From Spongospora subterranea f. sp. subterranea (Eukaryota): a stretch of 64,000 nt of DNA. Position 1 is the first letter of the stretch, and each line of letters starts with the position of its first letter. Below the pieces are notes generated by a model that saw only the letters and a list, made by a program, of their open reading frames with translations, did no database searches and was not told the origin of the DNA. Shown piece after piece: positions 35,763 through 50,221 of this stretch. Location of the stretch: the NCBI GenBank assembly GCA_049724395.1, contig JAUGWO010000102.1:372001-436000 (forward strand). The letters run 5' to 3'. Made by a program: the position numbers and the translations under genes.

Positions 35763-38178
35763 ATGTCGAACCCAACTTACGATGCCAAGACCTTTCACCG
35801 TAAATTCGAGGAATCGTGTGGCTACCTGACGGTAGACCAATTCCCCCCTATCGATTTTGCGGAGAAGGGGCAAATCGAAATGCTCTTCCCCGTCTACCGT
35901 CGTGAACAGCTGGCCGCCGCCGCCAAGAAAATCAAATTGTCCAAGTTGATTGATATCCCTGCTTTCGACCTTCGCACCCCCGACAACTGCGCTGATCTAT
36001 TCAAGAACGCGCGCTTGGAGATTGAACCCCACAAACGCTGTGCCCTGTTTGGTATCAACGGCAGTGGAAAGACGAGTCTTTTCAACGCCATTTCCAACGG
36101 GGAAATCCGCGATTTCCCTCCGTACATGCACGTCCACCACATGAAGGAGCTCGAACATCACGATGAGGCTGATCAGATCAGCGTCCTCGACACTGTTTTG
36201 TGCTCTCACCCATACCACCGTGTTCTGCTGTGCATTGAGAAACACCTCAAGAGTCTGGTCGAGTCCGAACAAGATGCCGGACGTCTCGAGAAGCTTAAAG
36301 AGAACCTGGCATACGTTGAACAGCAAATGACTAGCAGCGGTGCTTACCAAGCTGAGAAGCGAGCAAAGCAGATGTTGCGAGTTTTGGGTTTCGACGAGAC
36401 CGGTGAAGGCGCCCCATTGAGCTCATTGTCAGGAGGTCTTCGTATGCGTGTTGCTTTGGCTTCCGCATTCATCATCGATCCAGATGTCTTGTTGCTAGAT
36501 GAGCCTACCAACCACTTGTACGTATTCACTCGATGGCCCGTTTGAAATTCGTGTGTTTACATGGCGATTCATAGGGATATGCCTTCCGTCCTTTGGTTAG
36601 AAAACCGTCTTCGTGCCTACAAGGGGTCGTATCTCCTGGTTACTCACGATCGTACACTTTTGGAAAACGTCGTCACATCAGTTATGCTTATTCAAGATAT
36701 GGTTCTGGAGTATTTCAGCTGTGGTTTCAAGGACTTCGAGAAACAAAAGGAGAAGCTGGATCAGGACCGTGCCAAGAGGATCGATACCTTTCTGCAAAGA
36801 AACCGAAACTTAGCTCCTGATGAACCGCTCTACCGGACCAAGATGGAGTACAAGGAGTGGCTTCGCGTCCGTTACGAAAGACAGATGATGCTTACCGGCA
36901 AATTCACGTTCAAAGCTCCTGAGCCTTTGGCTTGTTTGCCTGGTCAGGAGCAAGCTGATGTCTCGCTGATCAAGGTTGAAGACGTTCGGTTCACTTACGA
37001 TGCTGAGAAAGGCCTGCCTTACATTTTCGACACCCCGATCTCTTATGAAGTCAAGATCGGAACCCGTGTCGGTATCATGGGACCCAACGGTGCTGGTAAA
37101 TCCACTTTCCTCAAGCTGATCACTGGCAAGTTGGTCCCGACTGAGGGCAAGATCATTGTCAACCCAAAATTCACTCTTGCGTATTTCGGACAGCATTCGA
37201 CCAAGGAATTGCAGCTTGATATGACGCCATTTGAATTCATGTGCGTGTCGTTCCCCAAGGCGAACCAAGGAGAACTCAAAAACCACTTAAAGAAGACGTC
37301 GATTTCTGATGATCCCATGAACACCAGAATGCGCGGGCTTTCGTTCTCACAGCGCTCCTGTGTTATTTTCGCCAAGCTCACGTTCGTACCTCCGCATCTG
37401 TTGATTATGGACGAACCTACCAACTTCTTGGATCTTGATTCCGTCGATTCACTTATCACCGCCGTCAATAAGTTTTCGGGAGGTTTAATCGTTGTTACTC
37501 ACAACCGTGACTTTTTGAAGCGTTGCAGCAAGCACTTCCTGTCGATTGTGCCAGGTGCCTTCCTCGAGTTCAACACGATGAAGGCTGCCGAACGAGCTAC
37601 GTACTCCTTCATTACTGCTTTGGAAGAAGGACAGCTGATCGACCACAAGGCGGCGATTATGAACAACCGTGGTGGTGGTGCTATTCACACCGAAGAGTAT
37701 CTGGCCGAATCTGCCGCCCGTCTTACAGAGCAGCAGAGACTTGCCAAGGAGAAGGCTGATGCGTTTGGCCGCCGAACAGGAGCGTGTCCAAGCAATTGCT
37801 GCTGAGAAGGAGGCGAAGCGATTGGCGAAGGTTGCTGCACAGAAAACCGACTGGGTTGCTGGAGAGAAATGCTGGGCCCCGGTTGGTGGCAAATTTGTGT
37901 TGGCCACCGTTATGCGTAATATCCCTAGCATGGGAGTAACTGTTCAGCTGGAATCTGGGAAAACCGTCATGATCGAAGCGAAAAAGCTGAAGGTCGAAAA
38001 CCCAGAATCTTCCGGTGCATCTTCGGAGAAACCAACTCCTAAGCCGCAAGCTAACGCAAACGGTGGTGGTTCCAGCCGTGGAGGGCGCGGGGGCTCCAGA
38101 GGTGGAGCTCAAGGTGGTGCACGTGGGGGCCAAGGTGGTCAACGCGGTGGGGCACGTGGTGGACGTGGCCGGTCCTAA
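35763..38178 (+). CDS. ABCF-family ATPase with a C-terminal SH3-like domain and RGG tail (intron about 36518-36573; apparent extra base at 37764-37766)
   Basis: Walker A GINGSGKT and GPNGAGKST, LSGGLRMRVALA, LLLDEPTNHLD, LIMDEPTNFLD, THDR/THNR; no TM segments. Confidence 0.92.
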
Positions 38179-38616
38179 TTGTACTTTACAGTCATGCAAT
38201 TGCAGATGGGTCTATCAATAAAGAGTTTAAATTTCCCAGATACTCTCACTCTGAAGCAAAACCCAATCATTTCGTCCACATCTGGATTTTGTCGTACATT
38301 TGTGTTCTCCATTTTTTGAAAATCTACTTGCGTATGATCCTGAAGAACAGGGATATCTTCGTTTTGCGCACCGGGGAGCGCGGCAGTGGTTCCTGGCAGT
38401 CTTTGTTTTTCATCACTTGGCACCGCTGCGTCATGATCGCAACGATGTGGTTGACCATGTATGCGCATAGGGTCCACGGGATCTCGAGTTTGTGGCGGTA
38501 TTCGTCCAGTAGAAAAAAGAGTTGATGCACCCATTGAATCTCAAAATAAACCGTTTATTTGATCGAACGGGACTGTACTGTACTGCCATGATTCACAGGC
38601 TACAAGAGTATCCGTA

Positions 38617-41600
38617 TCACAGAGTCTGCGAAACTGATGAACGGAGCTCAGTCTGTCTTGTTTTCCAAAGTTCCAGCAGTTCAGAGTTGGACGTATGACG
38701 GATCGAAGAGTTATGTGATACCGTACTACAATGAGTTTAACATTTCTTTCACGTGCAAGGTCGATGCTGTGGCGAAATGATTTATGAAATATCGGATTCG
38801 CCGACGCTGGTCATAACAGAAAACGTTAGAAGCCGAACAATTTAACTGTTCAAGCAAAACTACCCAATTTTCCAGCATTTGAAGCAGAAGGTCTGAGGAA
38901 TGCTGATCAACAAAATCATGCCCAAACATATCAATCTTGAATAACTTATGCTTCATGATACATCTGAAGACAGTCAGATTGGCAATGCTTCCATCAATCT
39001 CTTTACCGAAAGAATAGATCCGCTAGTGAGAACACGAAATGCCCAACATGTCCTTTCATGCCATAGAAAATGAGTTCATCGATAATATAAAAGTAGTCTG
39101 CCAACAGCGTCTGATACTCGGGCATCTTCAATTCTAAAGTGATATTTCCAGAAGGTTTCGAAACACAACAGAGCAGATTACTGAACACAGTATCGAATTT
39201 AGGGAGGAATACTGATATGTTTTCTTCCAGTCTGTTGAAGGCGTATCCCTATTATGAAACGAGTGAGATTTCATTGAAAGTTTCCAACAGGGCATTAATA
39301 CCAGTTTCGAGCCTGGAGCAATATAAAAAAGACTTGTAGATGACGTTGTATATCGTAACGCTACGACGTACTTTTCACATAGTGTGTCGGCGTTATAGAC
39401 AACAAAGTGTTCTTCCACATAAGCTTGATTATCGAGCGATTTCAACCGAACACTATCTGGAGTAACAGTTAGTATGAGACTATCGCCACGATCACGAACA
39501 GTGTTTTCGGCCTATGCATTTAAAATGAGCCTACAGACAAACAAGTGATGCCGATCACACCATTTCAATGGAAAAGAAATTCGAATGGTGGCGAGCATCG
39601 ATAACAAGAGGAGTGGGAAAGCAGTTCTCAGCGGTGATTTGGTAAAAAGGCGGCATAATAACTGGATCTGTTATACTGGGAGATCCAAAGAATACGACCT
39701 CGAGAGACGACATCATGATTTGCGGCTGAAAACACGTTGCAAAAAATCGGATTGAAGCCTGGAGAATGTCACCGTCGGGTAGGCCTGATAAACCAATTGA
39801 CCAACCTGAGAATCCTTGATAACCTTACAGTTGACGTTGATGAGAAAATCGAAGTGTTCAACAACGGTGTGTGTCGACTTCAAACCTTCACTCAATTGTG
39901 GATGAAAATGGACATAAACAGTGGTAGAAGATTCGGGTTGTAAAGTAAGAGAAGTAAACATCTTCAGCGTTGTGCACGAGAGTGAGAAATAAACATTGGA
40001 AAGAGAGTCTGCAGGTAAATCAGACGTTGCAACGAATTCCAGCGGTATACGAGATAGATTCGATATTTTGAACGACCTGTTGTTGTAATATTGTCCAAAA
40101 AAAATATCCCCCATATGGAGTTCAGGCAGAGGAGAATTCTTCATAAATGACGTATTTTCTGATTCAACAACGAAAACTCGCTCTGCCGCAGGTGTAGGTT
40201 TGGCAACAACCATTTCAATCCTGACAACCTTTTGCTCCATCGGGCGACCAGGAACCCCCAACAGTAAATAACCGGAGAATATTCCTTGCCGCTTGGTCGA
40301 CAGTGAAAGCGTAAGCGTGACCGTATCATGTAGGGATGACAACGTCCCTTGAGAACAAGACACAGTAAACCAATTTTTCAGGTCTTCACAGCTGATACAA
40401 TCCTACAAAAATGAAATATGAATAAAAAAATTAAAGATAAAACTTGCGCTTACCGCAACGAATGTGATGGGAGACGTTGATTGATTCTCCAATAATAAAT
40501 CCCATTCAGTGCATGCTAGCTCTGAGCAATCGAAGTCATGGCGACCAGCATTGATTAAATAACGATTGCAGCTGCCAGGAATAGCCAAGGCACCAGATAA
40601 GGTCAGCGCGGACGACGAGGGGCCAGGCGGTAAGGAATCCAATACTGATTTGGCGACTCCAACATCACATTCAAGATTAACAAGAGGCATGAAATTTGCA
40701 GGCTGGCCGTTAACTGGGGAGTGCGAAGGAAACCGCTCAGATACTGAATCAAACAATATTTCGACCGATCTCGAAAGAGGCGGATCGGCATCATCGAATA
40801 CGTCAATAAAGCATGGGTTTTCTGGGATGTCTGGAAGTTGATCGATATGAACTGAAAATCGAACGTCAATGCTGACAGATGCCTTGAATAACGTCAAAAC
40901 AAACCGGAAAATCAGACATGAGGGGCTTACATCAGGTGGCAGCTCAACAGTGTCAGTTGCGATTGTAAGCATATTGATAAAACGGTTATCGTTCGCACGA
41001 AACCTTAAATGAACCACTAAAGGCAAGGTTGCAGAAAGATTTCGGACCCCTAGAATGAAAAGCAGTTTGAAAACATATTGAACAGAAGAGCCTACGATCT
41101 TACAGAAGCGGTTTTTTTGCGATAGTAAATTTTCAGGATTGTCTTCAACATCGTGTATGTAAAACCTCATCCTACCAGACGACAGACAGTTCAGAGCAGC
41201 GTCAGGTACGTCTCTGGTCGTTAGTTACTGTACCTCTGCAACGATAATGTAAATCGTGGCCCAAGATTGAAGGATGCACAAATAGGAATCGTCTGGGGCT
41301 TTGAAAAGCCCATAGCAAGAAAGGATATAGAACCGATAACTAATTCACCGACGTCAATCCTTGGTACTTTATCAGCGCTCGAAATCATCGAGACTACGCG
41401 TACTCCGACATCCATAATTTGGCCAAATTGAAGAACAAATTCCTTCAAAATTTGTAGATCACGAGTAATCACCTAAACCCTCAAATTATACTGGAAGTTT
41501 CAGATAAGACGGTCAATACCTTGATGGAAACAATGTTGCTATAACGAACATCAGCTGCAACATCGACATGCATCTCCCTTGAGAATACGGTGCTTTGGTT

Positions 41601-44600
41601 TTGTACTCGAAACCATTGCACGGAAGAACTCGAGTCATGCAATGATATGGGAGACATTGAGATAGTATTATCAGTTGATAGGTTCAGCAGATGGATCGGT
41701 TGAGAGCGAACGCAGCCGGATACTAAAACGCGCATCTTCGAATTGCCAGGGTTGAAAAGGTTGATAAATCCAAGCTCGGCACTAAAACCACCGTCTTCAT
41801 CACACGCAAGAGTTCTAGTACAAAGACTGATAGAAAAAGAACGCTGCTCGAATGATCCCAAAACATGTAAAGAATGGAATTCACTATCCGACATAAACAT
41901 CGAGGTCGGAAACGCACTCTGGTCCGTTTGAAAATGCAGCGGAATCTCATTTTCGTTGATAACTGTGAACTCGATTGGGACATCTTGCCAATTATTGTCG
42001 AAACCAATATTTCCAATGAGAATTACCGGGTTATCAATGCGGCCAGACGACACAGCTCTAACCCCAGAAAGGCGAATGCAAGAGATGGCGTCCCCTTCTG
42101 GTAGGTTATGAATCAACACATTGTATGTATAGCCAACGCAACGACCTGAATTGATTGTTTCCCAAAAAGGCGCTGGCCAACCATTAATGTATCAGATAAA
42201 TCAATGTGCAACGAGACGGTAGCACCAGGAGCCAATAAACACTTGCCATGGTCAGTCCTATCACGATCATCGCCCCACCAAATATGGTAACCATCACTGG
42301 GGACATCCCTGATTGAAGCGGTAAGCGATAACTGTCGTCGCTCTGGGGTTTCGTTCAATATTGAAAATTGGTACGACGGTTTTCTATAAACACAAACAAA
42401 AATAGTCATGATGCGATGTTTGTCAATATGAGAGTTACCTACGTAATGAAGGTGAGGGACAATTCCGGATCATTTTTCAACTCGACGTATGAAGGATCAC
42501 ATTGCAAACAGAAATAATGCTCACGTTTCGGAAGCAAAACGGAGATATCATTACGGTCAAGAAAAAAACAAACACATATTTTGGCTATAGGTGAAGTTCT
42601 TCCTTGAGAATGCTTAATGTCAATATAACCTTGAAACAATCCGTACTCTTTGGCTTCAATAAGGAAAGAAAAAGTTAGAGATTCGAAGCAAGAGACAGTG
42701 CCGACAAGTTGGGTGTCGGGCATCAAAGTGTATAGCCGATGTGCTAGGAATAACCTGATAGGCAAACGGAATCAACTGACTGGGATTGGTGATTGAAAAT
42801 TCGCCGCGAAGCAAAGCACCGGCAGTGTTCAACATCCCATAATCAATCGTGAGAAATGTAGAATCAACGCGATTTTTCACGTTTACATCTGGATAACGTA
42901 CGGCAACAGATAGAATCGGCAGCCCTATCTGAGTATGGAATATTTTGATAAACTTGTAGCTCTCACAACGATTGGATAAATCGTCAACCCTGAAGGTCAG
43001 ACAACCGTAAATATCTCGGCATACACCTTGCATTGCTTGTTCCCGATCAACGTGGAAGCGCATCCGGACGAAAACCTGTTTTGATTGCAGCGATTCAACC
43101 ACAAAAGTATCCAAAGGAGTGGCAGAGGTGAGCGAATCAAACAGCTGGACTTGGCGTACTAGATTGCAACGGATTGAGACGGAAACCATTCCAGTAACCT
43201 GACGATTATGCAATCGAAGTCGGTAAACTTTCTCGAAAAAATAGTCTTCAGGATCCAAAAAACCCTGGCCTAATTCAACAACCTCATTAACTGGGTTGCT
43301 AAGAAACCCTTGAATTTCGATCTGGCTCATGGAATTCGGCGCGTCCAAAGCAAACACGATTGGTATGTAAATATCCTGGAAATTGGTTTGATCCCTAATT
43401 ACCGCCATACAGCTCTTAACATTTGGCACACTGAGTGGGAGCGTCGGGATAACTGTCAACTGGATTTTGGAATTGGCCAATATATCAACGCTCAGCGAAG
43501 TTCGGGAACATCCGTTTACTGGACAAATAAAACTTATGCACTCATGTTGGGGATTAACAGACACCATAAGCGATACATTGCAAGAAGAGGCGTTTGCGAC
43601 AGTTAATTTGGACTGGTCAGCACGATTGACACATAACCGAGGCGGATGCACAATAATTGAGGATTTGCCCAAGCTGACGGCAATCCGTACAGAGCGGCTG
43701 ATCTCTGATGACGAAAGTAGTAGTAACCCAGATACAGTTTTGTTCGGAAACTCAAAATTTGAACCGGACCTGTTCCGCCATTTAGTCATTATGACAAGAG
43801 CGTCGGTGGCTCGGAAAACAATAGTTTCCGTCTTTTGAGAACTCCCTGGAAAGGTCAATTCGCGATAGGTATGAGCATCACTAAAAGATTCAGGCAGGGC
43901 AGTGCAGTTTTCGATGATGCAAATAGAGAATATCATACCCTCTGATATATATGGATCATCACATCTCCAAGAAACCGAAATTGACGACTTTTCGGACTCC
44001 AACAATCCTTTCGATAGAGGAGGATTGTAAAGTGCAAACGGAAGTAAAAAGATGAACGGCCATGAAATAATCTCAGGTGACTGCCAAGAGTATGGAGATG
44101 ACCAAAACCGAGGAACTGATAAACGTAAGATGTCTCGATCGTCCGAGAACAATCGCCAACTGGCACTATGGCTATCATGAGGCAAGTCGAGATTAAAAAT
44201 AAATCTTGATAGGACGTGGAGATTCAAAGCTGATAATCCGCGAGAATCGCTGATGGCTGAAAACGCTGGAGATGCATCATCTGACGACGGCTTCTGGGTT
44301 CTAACCAACCTTCTGATCGGGGAGCTGGAGACAGAGCGCGGAACATTGTTTCCGGCACGCAGCCGACTGAATCGTGGATTTCCAGCTGACAGACAATGTG
44401 ACGAAATGGACCTATTACTAGTAGTATGCAAAAAGACATCCATTTCGCTGAGAATGCTTTGATACGCATCACTGTCTCTACATATTTGAACTGAGAACTT
44501 GACGTCACGCACGTAGTCCTTGTTTTTCTCTTCCTGACGAAAAACGTTAAAAGTCCACGTTTTGGCAGTTCTGGACGCTGTGGCAACCTACGTGGACTAA

Positions 44601-47600
44601 GATTACACCTTTTACACAAGCAACTAGTGCTGATGGAAAGTCATCGAATTCCACATTGGCGTCCGTAGCGGAAGATACGAAGGTAACAAACACGTTTTGC
44701 ACCGCGCTTGGTGGCAGAGTTAGCACCAGACTGTTTGCTGACACAGTATTTTCAATCTCCTGCCCTGTATCTGCGTCGCTAAAACTGGCATCGGACGCCG
44801 CCAAGCGGCAAAGTTCACTTAACCGACGATGAATTTTCTACATACATAAGTCAAAGTCTTCGCACCAAACGTCCACATACCTTAATTTTTTCCTTCTGGT
44901 TCTTTCTTTCAGCAATTCGCGCAGTTTATTTTCAAGTTTTTCTCGCTCTTCGTCACGATCAACGCTAGACACAGCAGGTCCAAGCGACAAATCCCCTGCT
45001 TCGAATAAGATATGACTACCGATTTGGGATTGTGTTGTTTCCAGCTGTATATATCAAAGGACTAAACAAGCAGATTGAAGTGCTGAATATACACCGACCT
45101 GGACGCGGATTCTTCGAACCCTGTCGCTAATATTTTTAATCAAAAGCTTGCGTTTACGGGAGCGTCCCCCCAGTATGCAATAGCCAAAATCGATAACGAT
45201 AGCTTGAAGCCAGAAGTTGAATGGCTTCCTGATATCCGCTTTGATGTAAATAACCTGCAATGGGGGTCAGTATTGAGCACATGGAGGTTGGGTATACAGA
45301 CAAAATCTAACCTGTTTGTCATGCCGGTCCTGCACATTTTGGAACGTGAGAGATTCAAAGAAGCGACCCGCCAACGAAGGTTTGAAAACCACAGGAATTT
45401 CTTTGATCTGATACGGGCGTAAAACCCCAATATAACCAGACGGGCAATCGATGTCGTCTGACGCAATCGAGCGCGTTTTGATTATGCAATACTGCAACGA
45501 AACATCACTTATATTGCTCACGACAAGCCCAAAGTGGTGGCGAGCCAGGTTTTGCAAAACCCCTAAAATTCTAGTTAGGAGCACAAAATAATCCGATCCC
45601 GAGATATTCACCAAAGTTGATATGCTTGAGAGAGAAATGCATTTTGGCATGGCAAACCATCGCTTGAACGTTAATGATTTGATTTTCTAGAGGCGCGACA
45701 ATTGCTGAGTCGCTATCCGATTTTGAGGCGAGCTGCAATGTCAAAGTTGCGGGCATGTTTTTTAATTTCCCGCGTATATATGGGTGGATTATTGCCTCTA
45801 AACAATAAACCAGCAATAGCGGTAAAGACTGATGAGGACCTAAAACAAGTACTTCAGCAGGAGTAACCAGTTTGTCTTGAACTGCTCGTCTGAAGTTTTG
45901 GAGGCGCTGAATTTCTTCCTGAACCGCTAATAGCTGATTGCGTTCACCAGATGACCAGGTAGGGATATCAACAAGTTCATGTGAGACTAAAGAACCTAGA
46001 TCGAGGCATGTATCATCTTCATCGACAACCTGAGCTTGGGAAGAGCGGTATACTGCAAGATCTTCTAAAGACGAGACTTTGCAGTTTATGGTTAAAATAG
46101 AAGAAGTCTTGTTGACTAAGGTGAACAGTTTCGCCGCTGGAAAATTTAGCATTAGCTTTCCAAAATCAATGATGGGGGTGTCCAAACGACTGGTGCCACA
46201 ACCATTGCCGACATCTATATCATAGACTGAATGGCGTCCAGCATCTGCCGGATCAAAATTCTTAGAAAAAACAACCACCGAATGGAAGTCACTATGATTG
46301 TGCATATTGAAAAGCTGAACTTCTTTCTGATACGAGGAAGTACGTCTCTGTGGAACTAGCTTTAGCCGAACTTCCTGGGAAGAACGAGGTCCAAGTTCGA
46401 CCGGGTTCTTATTGACAGATAGCACCTTCGACTCAAACTGAAGCATCACCGACGTTGGAAGGTCCGACAGGTTTTGAACTGTGAATGAGGCAACTGCAGG
46501 AGAGGCAATGGCAATCTCTCCAAAATTGATGATCGAGGTGGAAACTGTGGTTTGAGAGGTGCACACGCGGAGCTGTGCAGCGGATTGAACGCGAATGCTT
46601 GCCATGAATAGAAGACTGAACGCTTGCCCCCCGGCAATTAAACGAAACACGAAATTTCACCGATTTTAACCGTGTTCGGTCTGAACGATCGCCGATTACT
46701 TCATCACCTGAGGCCGTCTCAAACGATCCAGCAATCGCGTCACTTTGATTTAATGTCGAAGCACTGTTGAACAATAGGCGAACTTGCCGCTCTTTTCCTG
46801 GTAATATCAAAAGCTCACTGATGACGTCTTTCATGGAAAGGGGCGATTGCTCCTGGTCAATGGCATTACCGAACGCTGCAGAGGGTTTTCGTAGATGACC
46901 TGAAGCGAACTGCAATCGAGACAATGAGCCCACCCGTGACAAACTACCTGAAAGACTTGTGGCACTACCACCTAAAGGAATATTGAAATCATCACTTTCA
47001 TCCTCAGAACCTGGCTGTGAAACAGGAAATGTCTGAATCGATTTGGAGACGTCAGCCGTAGCCGAACGAGCATCTTCTTCAAGTAAGAACGATAACGTCT
47101 CAGGAGAAGACGCGCTTGATGACATGAATACCTCTAAAGGCATTTGAGTCAGGTTTTTTAACAACAGGCTTCGAACAACTGTTTCGCCAGAAAAGCAGTC
47201 CCCGAAATCGATCGACTCTGGAGTGATATCGAGGCCTGATTCGCGTGTTTCGGCGGAGACAGCTGCATACACAGGAATCCTATCGGTGTTGCGAGAATCA
47301 AGAAGATTTTCCAGGACCAACTCTTGTACGTTGTCACCTAAAGAAAGATGATTCGAATGAAAGTGAACCTTGATACGGAGGTTTGACGACCCTTGAATCG
47401 GGTGGCGCGCAAGAAGAGGCAATCCCGTCTCGTAATCAATAAAAGTAAAACAGGAGTTTAATCCACTCCCAATTTTCAATGAAAACTTCGTCGCAATTTC
47501 TGAATAGTTCTGGATTGTCACCTCTTTCACATCAGCCTTTCCCAAAGCACAGTCAAAAGATACTTCTTTGGCGTCGAACGCTAGCATAGATCGGCAAAAT

Positions 47601-48049
47601 CGAGACGTCAAAGCGACTGATAGGCTATCGAGCCCCAAACGAAACACTAACGTTGAACGCCAAGTAATCGCATTGAACCTTTTCAAACCTGACCCTCGTG
47701 AAGATGTGCCCATTGGATGAACAACCAACACAAGTTTCTTCTCCTCTTTTGAAGTCAAATTGCAGATTGGGCCGTCATAAAGATTCCCTTGCGTATTGAA
47801 GACGCTCAGATGTTGTTCCATAGCGATACCAAGGTTCGGATTAGTAAGTTGAATGGAAACCAATTGGGGAAGAAGCGCATCCTGGACGGAGAAAAACAGA
47901 ACCTCTGTCGATCGTAATGAGGACCGAACAGCGATTTGCCGAAGGGCGCAATTGCTTCCATCGATAATGTCCCCAAGGTCAATAAACCCGCCAGGGGCTA
48001 ATACAGATAATCCTCCCGACCTGATCCAGCCGCCGCCATGATCCCCCAT
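38617..48049 (-). CDS. Very large multi-exon protein with repeated ASH/Ig-like beta-sandwich domains
   Basis: Chain of minus-strand ORFs with recurring IDFG/INFG...L.L.N.S/T units (IDFGDCFSGETVVRSLLLKNLT, INFGEIAIASPAVASFTVQNLSDLP, IDFGKLMLNFPAAKLFTLVNKT, LHMGDIFFGQYYNNRSFKISNLS). Confidence 0.75.
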
Positions 48050-48584
48050 GCATTAACCTTAAAGGTGCGTGATCGTCCTCATGGATTCGTATAAGTCAGT
48101 CGTGTCGACCAATTCGACATTCCATTGTCAGCGGATGCGCTCTGGCCAACGGAGAAAACGGGATTTTCAGCGACATCATTATGACGTACATCATGCAAAT
48201 TCTTGGTTTACATTAATTTTTTGTTGGTTGAAATAACGTAATGCTATTGTGGCTCTGAAACTGAAATGAATTGAAAAAATTTGAAGCAAAGCATTGAATA
48301 TAATCCGAAATTATCACAGACGATCGTAGGTGCGTTTATATACGATTTTCGGTAGCCATCTTCGCTCGCGCGCGGTGTCATCAAGCGCTACTCAGTTGCA
48401 CCAACACCATTGTGCCACACTACGTAACCCTGCCCATAGTTACGCAGTCATCTCGAATCAAAACTGCGCACTGGTAGTTGCGGAGGTTTTTGCTTGGAAC
48501 CGTGCACGAGTAAGGTCATTTGGCGATTTTAGTGGAATTGGAAACTGGGCGAGATCCTGTCGCTATATCCATTGATTATTTACC

Positions 48585-49943
48585 ATGTTAGATTCCGCTA
48601 GTCAGGTTGTCCCAGATGACGCCCACTATCGTCATCGTCGCCGACGCCGACGCCGGTCGTCCCGTTCTCGGTCTCCATCATCGTCGTCAGGAGACTCGTC
48701 GCCCCGATCTAAGCGCCGAAGCCATCGACGCCATGCGTCGAAGTCAGATAAGACCGAACGCTCGCGTCGTCCCAAATCGAAATCTCCTTCCCCAAAGCCT
48801 CGGAAGATGCCTATACATGACCCTACTGAAGCATTACGTCGAGAACAAGAACAAATTGATCGCGATCAAAGAACAGTTTTCGCATCTCAGATTCATCCCA
48901 AGACCACTATGCGCGAAATATTTGAATTTTTTTCTCAAGTTGGCAGAGTTCGCGACGTGCAATGCATTGAAGACCAAAGGACCCGCAAATTTAAAGGCAT
49001 TGCCTATGTCGAGATGGACACTATTGACACAGTCGCGCTTGCTCTGGCTTTGAACGGGCATTTATTGGGAGGATATCCAGTTAACGTGCAACTTACTCAA
49101 GCGGAAAAAAATCGTGCGGCGCAACAAGCAGCCCTCGCTGCCGCTGCTTTACAGGAGCAACCGATGAGGGTCCGAGTGCAGTCGATTCATCCTGATGTAA
49201 CGAGCGAAGATCTGCGACCATTTTTCGAAGCGTTTGGACGCGTTGACGACGTTGTTATGGATTTCGATTCACAGGGTAAATCCATCGGGTCAGCTTGGGT
49301 AACTTTTCGCCGTGTTCCAGAGGCACAGGCTGCTGTATCGAGCCTTAACCAAATCGAGGTTTTGGGACAGCCGATCACCGTTACTATGGAAGTACCTTTG
49401 GTTGGTATGGGAGATTTTTCGATGGGCTCTTCGTCAAATATGGGCATGTCTTCGTCATCTATGAATCCCAGTATGGGACAACTTGGAGAGCTTGACGATG
49501 ATTCTGGAGGAGGCCTTCACCTGTCAGCTCAACATCGTCTCGCATTGATGCAGCGTCTACAAAGGAGTGGCAGCGACCAACCTTCGCACAGTATCCCTCA
49601 GGCCGCGGCCCCTGTGCCTCAGGTTCCTGTTCGCATTCAGCCAACGACGTGTATCGTTTTGAAGAATATGTTCACAAAATCTGAAGTTGCACAGGATCCT
49701 GAACTGCCATTAGATATCAAAGAAGACGTACAATCTGAAGCTTCAAAATATGGTCGCCTTCTGCATATTCATGTTGATGCGGAAAGCGATGGCGTTGTCT
49801 TTTTACGTTACCAGGAAGTTGAGAGTGCGATGAATTCGCTAAAGGACTTTAATGGCAGGTTTTTTGCTGCACGAAAAGTTGTTGCAGAATACGTTGTTGA
49901 GCGCTCGTATGAATCACGATTTCCTGGAAGCGGTCGAGTGTAA
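48585..49943 (+). CDS. RBM39: RBM39/CAPER-like splicing factor (RS region, 2 RRMs, UHM); start uncertain
   Basis: RS-rich N-terminus, DRDQRTVFASQI...KGIAYVEM, LTQAEKNRAA, ALMQRLQR linker, TTCIVLKNMF...FNGRFFAARKV. Confidence 0.92.
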   Translation: MLDSASQVVPDDAHYRHRRRRRRRSSRSRSPSSSSGDSSPRSKRRSHRRHASKSDKTERSRRPKSKSPSPKPRKMPIHDPTEALRREQEQIDRDQRTVFASQIHPKTTMREIFEFFSQVGRVRDVQCIEDQRTRKFKGIAYVEMDTIDTVALALALNGHLLGGYPVNVQLTQAEKNRAAQQAALAAAALQEQPMRVRVQSIHPDVTSEDLRPFFEAFGRVDDVVMDFDSQGKSIGSAWVTFRRVPEAQAAVSSLNQIEVLGQPITVTMEVPLVGMGDFSMGSSSNMGMSSSSMNPSMGQLGELDDDSGGGLHLSAQHRLALMQRLQRSGSDQPSHSIPQAAAPVPQVPVRIQPTTCIVLKNMFTKSEVAQDPELPLDIKEDVQSEASKYGRLLHIHVDAESDGVVFLRYQEVESAMNSLKDFNGRFFAARKVVAEYVVERSYESRFPGSGRV

Positions 49944-50221
49944 TTGATAATTGAATGAATTTATGCTCTGCCTTTTTGTAGGCGCTATGTTATCCACTAA
50001 AAGCCGTCCTTTCTCCTTTTAAGGTTTGACCTCTACTGTGTATTCTTTATCTATTGAATTTTAAGCAGTTTTCGTGTATATGTTTTATATTTTCTTGATC
50101 ATGGCAATGTAACGGAGTCGCGCTTGTCCTGAATCAATGACCGTAAAGCAACAGCCCTCAGATGATGTTATACTGTCAGGTGTGTGACATGGTTTAACAA
50201 TCGGGAGAGGTTCGCATTGGT

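Noticed and set aside
38175..38534. Overlapping small ORFs between ABCF and the ASH gene
   Set aside because: No recognisable motif in any frame.
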